A stretch of 63,504 bases of DNA, filler included, from Octopus bimaculoides (GCF_001194135.2; 4 parts of 4 records of this genome joined end to end with filler, not necessarily neighbours in it); one strand, 5' to 3'; shown: positions 13,418 to 26,860, counted from the first letter of the whole stretch. Made by a program: numbers and translations. The notes: a model not told the origin generated them from the sequence alone.

Positions 13418-14012
13418 GTAAGTATCTTTCTTTATTTTTCCGTGAAAATGTGTAGTGGAAATTTTATTTTTTCCTTATCCCTTAGCTTTAAAATATATAA
13501 AATCTGGTTGGTAGTCCATCTATTAGTTGTAAGTTTATCTGCTTATATATATATACACACAGACTTTTTCAGGCTTCAGTCATTTGAATGCGGCCATGCT
13601 GGATTATCACCTTAACGGCTTTTAGCCAAAGAAATCAACCTCAGGACTCATTCTTTTTGAGCCTAGTACTTCTGTATCGGTCGTTTGCCGACCCGCTATG
13701 TTACGGGGACATAAATACACCACCATCGGTTATCAAGCGATAGCGGTTGGGTGGGGCACACGCAGACAAACACAAATATGCCTTTCCATTGGACACCTCT
13801 ATAAAAATTTCTTCTAATAAATGACTTAATTGGAGATTGAATTACTGATAAAGTTACTCCCCTATAGAGGGAAAATCTCTTAAAACGTTTCTCACTCATA
13901 TTTTCAAATCACCGTTAGCTGCCTCAGTTTTAGATTATACACAACTAGACTCACATTTTTCAGTATGCTCTCAATTTTCATAAGGATAAATATGTATATT
14001 CGAAAGTCTTGT

Positions 14013-14152
<140 letters not shown>

Positions 14153-14755
14153 NNNNNNNNNNNNNNNNNNNNNNNNNNNNNNNNNNNNNNNNNNNNNNNN
14201 NNNNNNNNNNNNNNNNNNNNNNNNNNNNNNNNNNNNNNNNNNNNNNNNNNNNNNNNNNNNNNNNNNNNNNNNNNNNNNNNNNNNNNNNNNNNNNNNNNNN
14301 NNNNNNNNNNNNNNNNNNNNNNNNNNNNNNNNNNNNNNNNNNNNNNNNNNNNNNNNNNNNNNNNNNNNNNNNNNNNNNNNNNNNNNNNNNNNNNNNNNNN
14401 NNNNNNNNNNNNNNNNNNNNNNNNNNNNNNNNNNNNNNNNNNNNNNNNNNNNNNNNNNNNNNNNNNNNNNNNNNNNNNNNNNNNNNNNNNNNNNNNNNNN
14501 NNNNNNNNNNNNNNNNNNNNNNNNNNNNNNNNNNNNNNNNNNNNNNNNNNNNNNNNNNNNNNNNNNNNNNNNNNNNNNNNNNNNNNNNNNNNNNNNNNNN
14601 NNNNNNNNNNNNNNNNNNNNNNNNNNNNNNNNNNNNNNNNNNNNNNNNNNNNNNNNNNNNNNNNNNNNNNNNNNNNNNNNNNNNNNNNNNNNNNNNNNNN
14701 NNNNNNNNNNNNNNNNNNNNNNNNNNNNNNNNNNNNNNNNNNNNNNNNNNNNNNA

Positions 14756-15048
14756 AATAGAGATAACTCGAATGTGGAATCTAAAAACAGAAACAGTTCC
14801 TATCATAGTAGGTGCCTTAGGTATAATAAAAAAATATTCAGACAAATACATAACAAAAACACCAGGACTTACAAATATATATAACATACAGAAAATTGCA
14901 CTACTGGGCACTGCACACATCCTACGCAAAACACTTTCAATGCAGTAACCATAAGAGCATCACAGCAAACCACAGCACATACCCAAGGCACACAGAGCTG
15001 CGCTCGGTAGTGAAGTGAAAGCACGTTATAAAAATAAAACTACTGAAC

Positions 15049-15082
<34 letters not shown>
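14756..15082 (+). mobile_element. R4/Dong-like LINE 3' end with 3' UTR and (AAT)n tail
   Basis: IEITRMWNLKTETVPIIVGALGIIKK...IQKIALLGTAHILRKTLSMQ* is uninterrupted; (AAT)n follows at ~15049-15082. Confidence 0.92.
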
Positions 15083-15333
15083 TAATTATTTGCTTCTACT
15101 TCTTGCACTGAGGATAACAGTGATATGTAATTAATTTAATTTGACAAAATTAATTTAATTATTCTACCGTGAATTTACATGTTCATATCACTGTTCAAAA
15201 CAATCGTATGCATGTATCAAAATTCTTTTAAATTTCAGCATCTCTTCGCCATTTTAAACAAATTTGTTGAGTTCTATGGGATCTATTTCCGCAAAATTCT
15301 CATTGCACACCATACACACACATACTCTCTCTG

Positions 15334-15368
<35 letters not shown>

Positions 15369-15377
15369 NNNNNNNNN

Positions 15378-15690
15378 NGCACTGGAATTCCATCGGTTAC
15401 GACGACAAGGGTTCCAGTTGATCCGATCAACCGAACAGCCTGCTCGTGAAATTAACGTGCAAGTGGCTGATCACTCCACAAAAACGTGTATTCCTAACGT
15501 ATTTCTTAGTGGGATCTAGCTTTATACATATTGTGACATACCGGTACTACACATTTCTGTCAGCTGAATGAACTGGAACGATGTAAAATAAATTGCCTTG
15601 GTCAAGGACTTTATACCTCGCCGGAAATTGAATTCACACTCTTGCGATCGTAAGCCAAAATACCCTAACTTCTAAGCCATACCCCTTTGT
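15378..15690 (-). mobile_element. SINE with family B tail, degenerate
   Basis: ggttacgacgacaagggttccagttgatccgatcaac matches 7730-7800; tRNA-like head near 15620-15690. Confidence 0.75.
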
Positions 15691-16320
15691 TTACATCACG
15701 TACTTTATCAGTGTAAGGCTTCACAGACTTTTTACCTCTGGTATTTTGCCCACGCTTATCAACTTTTATCAACCTTAAAACTTATTTCCCTTTTAATACT
15801 TTTGCTTCATATTTTTCTTTTCTTTTCATTATCGTCCCTTATTTCTTAAAAATATTTTGTTCAGCTTTCTTCCTTTTCATTCTCAATTTATTCTTATTTC
15901 TTCTTTTACTATTTCTTCCATTTCTGTATATTTCCTTTGTTTTCTCATATTTTTTTTATATTTTCGATTACAACCCTTCTACAACCTGCTGCAATTTAAA
16001 TATTGTTCACGTGGGAAAACTTTGGTATCAAAAATTAAACTGCTCTTTTTTCAATTCTTACTTCTATTTCAGCTTCACTTTAAAAGATTTTCAATGTAAA
16101 TATTTTGCATGGATAAACGTTATCACCTTTAACTTTTCATAACTTCTGAAAGTAGTGCAACATGTAATGAAAAGTAAATAAATTATAATTATCTTCATGT
16201 AAACACATCCTGTAGTGAATCTCAATTTCCAGTGTGTTGGAGTTCTCTTGTAGGGAGAGTCGCTCTCAAATCACCATTATTTCTAAGCCTGTTCTGATTT
16301 GCAACGGCAGTATCTGTTAG

Positions 16321-16463
16321 GAACCCATCTATTGGTTAAATAGAGTTTTTCAGGGGGTAAATAAGCATTCATTATTCTTTAACAAAGCCATGAGGCTGGC
16401 AGCTCCTCCAGGAGAAAGACACTCTGACATTAAATTTGCAGTCAAAATAGAACTAGTCATCAG
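16321..16463 (+). CDS. Candidate internal exon (EPIYWLNRVFQGVNKHSLFFNKAMRLAAPPGERHSDIKFAVKIELVI)
   Basis: The open frame is bounded exactly by an in-frame TAG at the acceptor (gttag|) and a TAA inside the donor (ag|gtaata); no TE similarity recognised; phase 0 to 2. Confidence 0.55.
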
Positions 16464-17166
16464 GTAATACATGTCACTAGAGCTACTATGGCTATCGAAA
16501 AAGTGGGAGAGGGGTTGTACAAGGGTTTATCACTTCGGTGCAATGGCATACAGATGAATCTCAATTGAATGTCATCGGACAAGGCAAAGTCAATGATGTG
16601 TGTGTACGTGCGTGTTTGTGCGTGTCTCTGTGCGCGCGCGCGAGTTGCGTGTTTGCGTGCCTGCGTGTGTGTGTGTATATGTGATTAGCGTAATTCTCAA
16701 GCAGTACGGGCGTGATACACGGTGGGACATGACTGTACCATATGAAATACGGATACAATTCACACGAAAGGTTTCTATAGAGTTTCTGTCGAGCCAGTTT
16801 CGCTCACAAAGTATGAGTCACCCCAATGCTTTAGAAAGTGGTATTTTGCTCAGGATGCGACGTATTGGAATGTAAACCGGATTCTTGTGTTTTCAAATGG
16901 AACTTTTCAATTGGCTAGCTGTATTCTATCTGCTCATACATACAGACGCAGTCACACATACACGACTCTATCATATTAACTTTTTTCGTTTATCAAGAAG
17001 CGTTAAATTATACAACTTGATGCGTTAAAGTAGCGTGTAATTGAATACATAGTCCCTGAGTGACGGAAAATGACAATTCTCTAATTTTTGCCTCACCATT
17101 CTTGTAGTAGACAATCTGTATATGCAGCCTTAAGTCATGGGATGTTTGAATACATTTTACAATTGA

Positions 17167-17200
<34 letters not shown>

Positions 17201-17297
17201 NNNNNNNNNNNNNNNNNNNNNNNNNNNNNNNNNNNNNNNNNNNNNNNNNNNNNNNNNNNNNNNNNNNNNNNNNNNNNNNNNNNNNNNNNNNNNNNNN

Positions 17298-17720
17298 NTA
17301 TACACCCATTCAGGCGAGTAAGAAGAATATTTGCCAGAACCTTGCCAGCAGCTGATTGTAAAGTAATACCTCTGTAGTTACCACACATTGTTCTGGCTTC
17401 TTTTCCTTTATAGAGAAGAATAATAATTGCATCCTTCCAGTCCTTAGGTATTGCAACCTCCCTCCAAACTACGCTAATAAGTTCATGAAAGGACTGGATG
17501 GTGTAATTACCACCAAATCACAAGACCCCAGCACAAATTCGATTACTTCCAGGTACCCTATCAAGATTCAGTTTACTTATTTCTCTCATTACCTCATCTA
17601 TTGAGCGCGTGAAATTTTAGGGGTCAATGATAGGTCTTTGTTGCATAGTATCAATCACTGTTTCATCCACAACTGACTCATGGTTTAGGAGTTCAGAGAC
17701 GTGTTCAATCCAGCGACCTG
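17298..17720 (-). mobile_element. RTE-clade LINE reverse transcriptase fragment
   Basis: CGNYRGITLQSAAGKVLANILLTRLN, preceded by a degenerate KL..DRVPGS..WRT region typical of the RT N-terminus. Confidence 0.85.
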
Positions 17721-17799
17721 TGATTTCTGTTGATTTAGTAAAGTGAGTAGAAGATTCCTTAGAAGATTCCTATATATATAGGAAATGCTAAACATAAAG

Positions 17800-18420
17800 A
17801 AACCCTCATCGACTAATTTATAACCACGTCAAATTAAACCGCCTATGAATCTAATCTTTACGGGATTTATTGTGGAATTTACCCCTATCAATACTAGTAT
17901 ATATTACTATTATCATGTCAAATGTAAGTTAATAATATATAAAAAGTAAAGAAACCTCTATATATGTTATAAATTTATTGAATAAAACTAGTAAATGAAA
18001 CTATTTACCACAATTAATAAAGGAAGACTTTTTATCTGCATGCTTACTCCTTCTTTAACCTGTGCAAATGGCTGCACCTTCTGTCCTGCACTAAATATTA
18101 TGGGAATAAAATACACTACTCTAAAAAAAATTCTTTAAGACTAATATAATTTGATAGATTGAATTCAAGGGGAGATAATAATAAGTTATTTAGATATAAT
18201 GGGATTGTTTTCTAGTGTTAAAGATTTAGATATTTATTTTATCTATGTGGCCTGTCTAATCCTTTTTAAGGTAATATTCTTTACATTTATTCTTGGTTTT
18301 AGGTATATCCGTATCTAATACTATTATATTGTTCAATTAAAACTACCTTTAACTATCTTCCTCAAAATTGTTGAAGGGATTACATACTGGGGTTGGTGGT
18401 ATCTTTTTACATATTTTTCA
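17800..18420 (-). mobile_element. Possible heavily decayed PLE remnant
   Basis: Weak motifs only (YHQPQYVIPSTI; GQKVQPFAQVKEG), reminiscent of the PLE thumb/linker region. Confidence 0.3.
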
Positions 18421-18518
18421 TTTTATTATAAGTAAAGCTATATATGTATATATATCGATATTTATGAATGTGTATGTGTGCACGGGTGTATATATATATA
18501 TATATATATATATATCTT

Positions 18519-18568
<50 letters not shown>

Positions 18569-19378
18569 AGATAGAGAGAAAGAAAGAGAGGGAGAAAAGA
18601 GAGAGAGAGAGAGAGCTACATAGATGGATAGATGGATATGGCATGTACATTGTTCTCAGTGAAATATATTACTGAAGAGTGCGCATTAATTTTCTTCCTT
18701 TGCCGTTTTATCACTTTTGCACACATTTTTCTTTGCTGACCTTATGCAGGAAACGTTGCAAATCAGTTACAGAATTTTGTTCTAGCAATATCTCAAACAG
18801 AAAACGAGCCTTTAGTCTTCTTGTACTGTAACAGCCATAGTCAGCAGTTAACGAACTTCTATTTATACCACATATCACACTGCATATAATATTGAANNNN
18901 NNNNNNNNNNNNNNNNNNNNNNNNNNNNNNNNNNNNNNNNNNNNNNNNNNNNNNNNNNNNNNNNNNNNNNNNNNNNNNNNNNNNNNNNNNNNNNNNNNNN
19001 NNNNNNNNNNNNNNNNNNNNNNNNNNNNNNNNNNNNNNNNNNNNNNNNNNNNNNNNNNNNNNNNNNNNNNNNNNNNNNNNNNNNNNNNNNNNNNNNNNNN
19101 NNNNNNNNNNNNNNNNNNNNNNNNNNNNNNNNNNNNNNNNNNNNNNNNNNNNNNNNNNNNNNNNNNNNNNNNNNNNNNNNNNNNNNNNNNNNNNNNNNNN
19201 NNNNNNNNNNNNNNNNNNNNNNNNNNNNNNNNNNNNNNNNNNNNNNNNNNNNNNNNNNNNNNNNNNNNNNNNNNNNNNNNNNNNNNNNNNNNNNNNNNNN
19301 NNNNNNNNNNNNNNNNNNNNNNNNNNNNNNNNNNNNNNNNNNNNNNNNNNNNNNNNNNNNNNNNNNNNNNNNNNNNNN

Positions 19379-19444
<66 letters not shown>

Positions 19445-20385
19445 TATGTATGTATGCATGTTTGAGTAACACAAAATATTTACACATGTGCCTAAGGTAA
19501 ATGGAACTAGTGTCAGTTTTGATGATAGGTCATTATTTCAGTTGTTGAATTTGCTGACTACCTATACATCAACTTTTAATGTATTTCGCTGAATAATTCA
19601 CTGAGATATATCATTGATGGAGAATTTAGGAAGTGTAAGTGTAACAGTTTCTGACTTAAGTAAAAACAGTGCATCCGAGAACCGTCTACGTAGTCTGTGT
19701 GTCCGTTTTCACTAACAAATCTCGAGTCAATAGTTGCCTATTTTAGAAAACCTACGCCTAATTTACCAACTGGTATTAAACTCGCCAGATCTTGGTTGGG
19801 AAGTGAACTTTTAACTGATATATCATACATGTACGAATATATTTATATACACACATACTCATGCTTATTTACTCGCATTGTTACTCTTACCCATACATAT
19901 TTGTGTAGCCGTGTCTGGTTTATATCTGTGTATTTGTGCAATAATGGTGCGCATTTGTGTGCGTTGCTTTGAGAATTATATGTATCTCAGACATATGCAT
20001 TTCTTTTGGTATGTATATAAGTTCGCAAACTATTGACTATGCTTTTTAGAATAACAGAAGACTAGAGATGAAGTGCCGTCTTCAGTTTGTTGTATGTCTT
20101 TAGAATATAATTCTGTTATAAAAGAACTGTGACACTTTCTGCCTACATTTAACGAAGAAGAAATTGTGTAAAAATGATAAGACGGATACTGAAGAAAAAA
20201 TGTCTTACTCGCTGAATCAATATATTTCTGTGAACATATATAGCATCCATGTTCAGGTTTATAATATTATAGAAAGACGGTTGAATCAGAGAAATCATAT
20301 CTGCAGGAAAAAAAAAAAATTCCGTGTACATCAAGGCATCAATATAAAATTACACCTGTCATCTTTAATGTGTTGATTTTCCTAG

Positions 20386-20444
20386 ATCTGATAGAAACTG
20401 GATGCATTCCTTTAAAAAAATCAATAGGAACATATTGAATGCGA
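20386..20444 (+). CDS. Candidate internal exon (RSDRNWMHSFKKINRNILNA)
   Basis: Strong acceptor tgttgattttcctag|, donor |gtaaat; phase 2 to 1, which fits the 16321-16463 exon. Confidence 0.42.
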
Positions 20445-20966
20445 GTAAATAAATTGTAAATAAAAAGTAAGCAAGCAAATGAAGAGACTCATCCATCGCT
20501 TAACTTCCATATTAACTGTGATAGCTTGTTGCAAAGAATTCCTACGAAAACTACCAATGAAATTTCAGATTAGGATTTCATTTGTTTTCTTCTCCTTTCG
20601 AATTTTGCTTCATTTCTTTTATACATTTTCCGTCTTTATTTCTCGCTTTCTGTCTTCCTCGGCTTCTTTCTGTTTTATTTATTCATCAAAAAAAATTTTT
20701 TTTAAAGAATCCAATGAAAGGAAACATGTAGTTCTAATATTGTAGCTGATAATCTATTTATGTTGAACAATCCCAACATCCATTTAGCCATCCATTCATC
20801 CATGCATCCATAGTTCTAAACATGCAAACGTGTTTACTTATTTCCGCTACGCAAACACACGCGCACATATATATAAGCACAAGGGCAAAAACTAAAACAC
20901 AAAAAATATATCATTCAACCATTCAACATGTCTGCGTGTGCATGCGTATAGCCAGATACCATGTAT

Positions 20967-21018
<52 letters not shown>

Positions 21019-21408
21019 NNNNNNNNNNNNNNNNNNNNNNNNNNNNNNNNNNNNNNNNNNNNNNNNNNNNNNNNNNNNNNNNNNNNNNNNNNNNNNNNNN
21101 NNNNNNNNNNNNNNATATATATGTATGTGTGTGTGTGTTTATGTATGTATAAATACACAAACATTCAGTTGAATAAATCTACTGGTGATTATACATGTAT
21201 GAGATAGTGTATAACACATAACATTTGACTCGAGCGTGTGTTTTTTCAACCAAATACCCATACGCATTCACACACTTACGTACACGCACACACACACACA
21301 TACACGCACATACGCACATACGAACGCACGGATGCACGACCACCAACTCACAAAGTTATTTAATATATATTTTGAATTAATAATAATAATGATGATGATG
21401 ATGATTAA

Positions 21409-21442
<34 letters not shown>

Positions 21443-21646
21443 TCAGTAACATCAATAAGTATGTTTATATAATTTTATATAACATATAATATATGATATA
21501 TATATATATATATACACACATATATATACACGTAAATAAACACATATACATTTGTATTACGATTAAGCAATTTATTAAAAGACTTGAATATGAGTCAACA
21601 ACCATTCAATAGTGTTCTTGATTTCTGGATTTTTTTTGTTCATTAG

Positions 21647-21747
21647 GTGCCAATATATTTCTAAAGTTACTGGGCGCAGCGCTTATATTTACATCATATT
21701 TTGCATATGTCTGGTCTCATATCAGTTATGAAACTTTACATAAACAC
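21647..21747 (+). CDS. Candidate exon, hydrophobic (ANIFLKLLGAALIFTSYFAYVWSHISYETLHKH)
   Basis: Acceptor tttttttgttcattag|, donor cac|gtgtgt; phase 1 to 0; hydrophobicity could be a by-product of T-rich DNA. Confidence 0.25.
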
Positions 21748-22353
21748 GTGTGTTTGTAGGCGTGCAATATGCAATCATATTAATGATTCGGTGGATATTT
21801 GTAAGGAAATATGCGATTGAAAAGAATCACAGGCATATACAGATACATACTCAGATGTTCTTTTACCTACACACACGTGTCCACATACGCATCATTATAT
21901 ATAGGATGGGACTATGAAAATATCAATGATCTCATTTCTAAGGCAAAATACGTTTACATTGGACTTCGAGATGTGCGTGTACGCGCGCGTACCCGTGGAT
22001 GTGTTCGTATAATATATACTATACATGTTGAATATGAAAATGAAAGGGTATATCGATTTCGATTCATATTAGTATTTATGAACTGAGAGTGTTCTATAAC
22101 TAATTACGTATTAACTGAAAAGATGACCAATGTCAAATTGATATAAGTAAAAGAAAAAAAAGCACTCGTGGACAAACACCCGTCTTTACAGCAACCGTGG
22201 ATTGAGATATGCATACATGCACCGATACATGCATACACATAGATACATGCGTACAGACACACACACACATACATATATATTTACATACACGCGTACACAC
22301 ACACACACANNNNNNNNNNNNNNNNNNNNNNNNNNNNNNNNNNNNNNNNNNNN

Positions 22354-22365
22354 TTAATTAATTAA
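22354..22365. other. Assembly linker ttaattaattaa within a 100-bp gap (also at 39131-39142 and 53795-53806)
   Basis: Each copy is flanked by 44 N per side; the 12-mer carries stops in all six frames. Confidence 0.9.
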
Positions 22366-24299
22366 NNNNNNNNNNNNNNNNNNNNNNNNNNNNNNNNNNN
22401 NNNNNNNNNATATATATATATATATATATATAATTACATACATATAAGAGGGATGCTCACTAAGTGGAGATCCAATGTGTCAGATGTAGACCCCATATGG
22501 TCTGACCACTAAGAAAAGAATATTCTCAAGAAAAAAAATATATATATATATGTATGCATATATGTACATATGTATATACATATGTATGTATGTATGTATC
22601 TATGTATATGAAGGCATCTTTCAGTTTCCACTTACCAAATCCAGTCGCATAGTTTGGTCATTCCATGACTAAGGCAGAGGTCACCTGCGCAAAATGCCAC
22701 GCAGTGGAACTGAACCTAGAATCATGCGAGTGAGAAGTTAACTTCTAAACACTCTGTATACATATGCGTGTGTGTGCGTGTGTGTGTTGGTGTGTGCGTA
22801 TGCCTTTGTGTGAGTGTGTGTGTGTTTTTTGTGTTTCTACTTGCTCGAAGACCGCTTGGTAACCAGTTTTAGTTCTTTTACTTCCCTGTAACTCAGAGGG
22901 TCGTCAACAAAAAGATACCGATATAAAATTGGACCAAACTCTTCAAGGCGCTGCGCCATCATGGCCGACTAAAAGGCGTAAAAGACAAAAGATGATTATA
23001 TGTTGAAATGTGAAGTATAAACGAGCGAAACTACTTATTAAAGAAAGGAGAACGGGCAGTGAATTCTACTAAAGGGAAAGTATGAAGTGGACAACGAAAC
23101 GAGAGAGGGAGATAAGATAACCTCGAAACGAGAGAAGAAGATAAGATAACCTTTTGACTATCTAAAGTGAAGGGAACGAGATGAGATATAAACGCACGTT
23201 GGCTCAAACTATATATAATATATAACCACAGGTGATCCATCTTAATAAATTAATAGAGTTAAAGGTTGCTGTCGCTACAAGTTTATGAATGGAAGTTTGG
23301 ATATTTTTATGGATATCTATTACCTGTTATAACATTTGTAGCAGTAAGAAGCAACCGCATTATGTATTATAATTGTTTCTCAAATTGCACTCTTATTATC
23401 AACAATAGACTTTCTCATTGAAATATATCATCCCTTTTATACAGATTCATTTATTTTATACTGGTGTATAACGATTCTTTCTTGAATATATTACTTCATT
23501 ATTACTTAATGAAGCTTTTGTTCTAACATCTATTCTTGAATGAGGAAAGTACGAAATGACGCAATATATCTGTATTGCTAGAGAAACCGTTTAGAAGTAT
23601 TAAGATATGCGTAAACCGAAGGATCTTAATATATTATATTCCATTCGTACATTCAAATACAGCATTTTATTACACGGATCTTGCTTTATATATATATATA
23701 TATATATACTAGTCAGTTTAAAGAAAAGCCGTGTGAATATTCTGCGAACAGTACAATGGCGATGTAAAAGACTTAACAGAAATAGGCAGTCAGTNNNNNN
23801 NNNNNNNNNNNNNNNNNNNNNNNNNNNNNNNNNNNNNNNNNNNNNNNNNNNNNNNNNNNNNNNNNNNNNNNNNNNNNNNNNNNNNNNNNNNNNNNNNNNN
23901 NNNNNNNNNNNNNTATATATATATATATATATACATTGAACTGCAAAAGAAACGCGAGACGTGTGTGACTGTGAAATGTTATAAATTCACTATGTCGGAG
24001 ATAAATTTTGATAAATCCAATAAAAGACAGACAAAACATATATGTGGGGATAAAAAAACAAAACGGATGAGAAATGAAAAGAAATTACATGAAAGGATGG
24101 AACGGCGGTCGCTCGGAACCCTACATCACGAACGAGTACTCTTGAGTCCTTTTTTTTACACAATTATTGTTTTATACATCAGTAACAGTTTTTATATTCC
24201 TCTTTTATACAAGTCTTTTATATTTACAATTTCACTTAAATCCATCCCAGTTGTATCCATTTGTTTAAGAATGGCGTAGTTTTTCTTTCAAAATCGGCT

Positions 24300-24600
24300 T
24301 CATACTTCTCTTGTAGTCTATCCAGAGTACCTGGGGCAGCCTGGATAACCATTTGCAAGCCTTGCCCAATCTAGTTTCACGCCGGTACGCTTACGGCCTG
24401 GAAGACTGTCACTTCCTCAACATCCACCTATCGTGGTATCTCCTCCACCCTCACTCTGTAGGCACGTCTTCCAAGGTAAAAGGTAAGAGGATTATTTTAT
24501 CTACTGATACTGAGGCCACGGGCCGTTGCCTGGCCTTTTCCTCTATGGAAAAACTAACCTGCACGATGGCACATTTGGCACCTTTCTCAAACATTTCTCA
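24300..24600 (-). mobile_element. L1/Tx1-like ORF1 remnant
   Basis: GAKCAIVQVSFSIEEKARQ..VDKIILLPF / YLGRRAYRVRVEEIP*VDVEE resembles Tx1-type ORF1 as I recall it; frameshift and stop present. Confidence 0.45.
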
Positions 24601-25269
24601 ATTTAAGGACAGAATGAAATATACTTTGATCACATTAAAATAAACATGGTGTCTATCATGTTACTTCACTGACAGAAGAATGCCAGGTTCAGATCCTAGA
24701 CTGTTTGTGATGTAAGGAAAATCTATTTTCAATCGAACACATATATATTTCAGAATTTTAAATTAACCACATCATAAAGCGAGTACATCATACGTTACAG
24801 ACGATTTGCCAATGAAATATTGTAAACCTTTTAAGTTACGTAACTATTAAGAGCTTCAAAGAGAGGGAGGGTGAAGAGCATCTTAAAGCATTTGAATTTC
24901 TTAAATCTGGTTATCTGATAAGATGTGATACTGCTGATTCACTTAATATGATGTGATCCAACCAAAGAGCTTTTGTTCTATCATTACATGTTCGTTTTGT
25001 ATGTTTTCTTTCTCCTTTTCGTTCTGAAAATAAGCATGCATGCGACTTAAGATAATACTGAAGCACAGAACATGATACCATTTTACGGAGAAATAAAATT
25101 TTCTGCTAAATTGTTTTGAGAACCAATGCTATGTACTAACAACTAAGAAATAATTTTAATCAAAAATTTCGAACAACTTCCTGCAAAACCATGTTAAACA
25201 TTTAATGTGTTACATTTAATTACACCAATTAGTGGTAAGTTAACCTTTCTAAAAATTATGCACGCAAGG

Positions 25270-25972
25270 GATCAAAAAGTCATGTTGACTCTACGGAAGA
25301 CATTTGTTCTGAGCCGCCTAGACTATTGCTCTCAGTTGTGGTCACCACACAGTGTCAAGCGGACAGCAGAATTCGAGGCAATTCAGCGGCACTATACAAA
25401 AAAGATCGCCACAGTCCAACAGATGAACTACAGGGATCTACTCTACAGGTCTCTACTCCCTGGAGCGCAGGCGGGAGAGATATGTAATAATATACATATG
25501 GAAAATACTGGAAGGATTGGTGCCAAACTTTGGCATCAAGTACTACAGGAATGCTCGCACGGGTCGCCACTGCATGGTGCCAAAGGTGCCGTCCACTGCA
25601 TCTCACATAAGAACGAGATACTGCAGCAGCTTCGGTTTCAGAGGACTTCAGCTCTTCAATGCCCTGCCAAAACATTTGAGAGACCTGCAAGACATGCATG
25701 TGGAGGTCTTCGAGACAAAACTCGATGCTTTCCTCTCCACGATACCAGACAAACCAATGGCTCGAAATGAGACACAGTTTAGGGCAGCGATGTCAAATTC
25801 TCTTATACACCAGATGTGCCATCAAAACTCTTGATTGGACTATATCAAGTGGAGGAGAAAAGCCATGCAAGGAACGTGAAGAGAGCACAGCATAAAGACG
25901 GAAAATCACGGTGGTGCTCCAGCATGACCACAGCCACTTGGCTGAAACCCATAAATAAATAAATAAATAAAA
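25270..25972 (+). mobile_element. CR1-clade LINE 3' end (ORF2 C-terminus, 3' UTR, (TAAA)n tail)
   Basis: LSRLDYCSQLWSPH..EAIQRHYTKKI; LYSLERRRERYAIIYIWKILEGLVPNFG; SFGFRGLQLFNALPKHLRD; FETKLDAFLSTIPD. Confidence 0.92.
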
Positions 25973-26021
25973 AATACACATATATACGTAATAACACACA
26001 CACACATACATGTTGTTGCGC

Positions 26022-26425
26022 ACGGTTCAGTGGTTAGAGCGTCGGGCCTACAATCGTGTGGTTGTGAATTCCAATCCTGGACGAAGTTGTGTGTTGTGTG
26101 GTTGTGAATTCCAATCCTGGACGAAGTTGTGTGTTGTGAGCTTGAGCAAGACACTTTATTTCCTGTTGCTCCAATTCACTCAACTGTAGGAATGAGTTGC
26201 GACATCATTGGCGCCAAGTGTTATCGTCCTTTGTTTTGCCTTTGGACAACCTCGGTGGTGTGGAAAGGGGATGCTGGTGTGCATGGGTGACTTCTAGTCT
26301 TCTACAAACAACCTTACCTGGAGTAGAGCCTTGGTGGGAACTTTCTGGGTGCAATATTATGATCATTCGTGATCGAAGGGAATCTTTACTTTATATAGTG
26401 TTGGCAGTCGGTAAAATGAGTTCTT
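26022..26425 (+). mobile_element. CORE-type tRNA SINE (family C) with an internal 40-bp tandem duplication
   Basis: Head ggttcagtggttagagcg; core cttgagcaagacactttatttcctgttgctcc; 26056-26095 repeated at 26096-26135. Confidence 0.85.
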
Positions 26426-26529
26426 AATACCGAGGTACACATTTATAATATATTTTAGCTTATTCGAGCCATTCTTTCGCCTGTTGGTGTCGAGTGTCAT
26501 CAGGCATGCTAAAACATAACGTGCGTCAT

Positions 26530-26860
26530 ACTGGCACTCCGTCCGTTACAATAATCAGGGTTCTAGTTGATACGATTAACGGAACATATTGCCTGTGAAA
26601 CTAACGTGCAAGTATCTGAGCGCTCCACGGAGTTCCACTTGAGAATTTTTTACATAGTTGTCAGGGATATCTTGTATGACGCAGAATGTGACAAGACTGA
26701 CCTTTTGAAATACAGGTACTACTCATTTTTACCTGCTGAGTTCACTAGAGGAACCGGAAATAAAATGTCTTGTTCAAGGACAGACAGCAATGTCGGAAAT
26801 CGAAAACACAACCTTACATTCATGAGCCGAATACCCTAACCACTAATCCACCTGCCTTCA
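26530..26860 (-). mobile_element. SINE with family B tail, degenerate
   Basis: ggcactccgtccgttac..gttctagttgatacgattaacgg; head near 26790-26850. Confidence 0.72.

Noticed and set aside
19532-19633. Exon-like segment VEFADYLYINF*CISLNNSLRYIIDGEFRK with good splice signals
   Set aside because: It has an in-frame TAA; rescue by RNA editing would be unsupported speculation.
22354-22365. Recurrent palindrome ttaattaattaa as a biological motif
   Set aside because: It is always centred in a 44N-12-44N gap, so it is a scaffolding linker.
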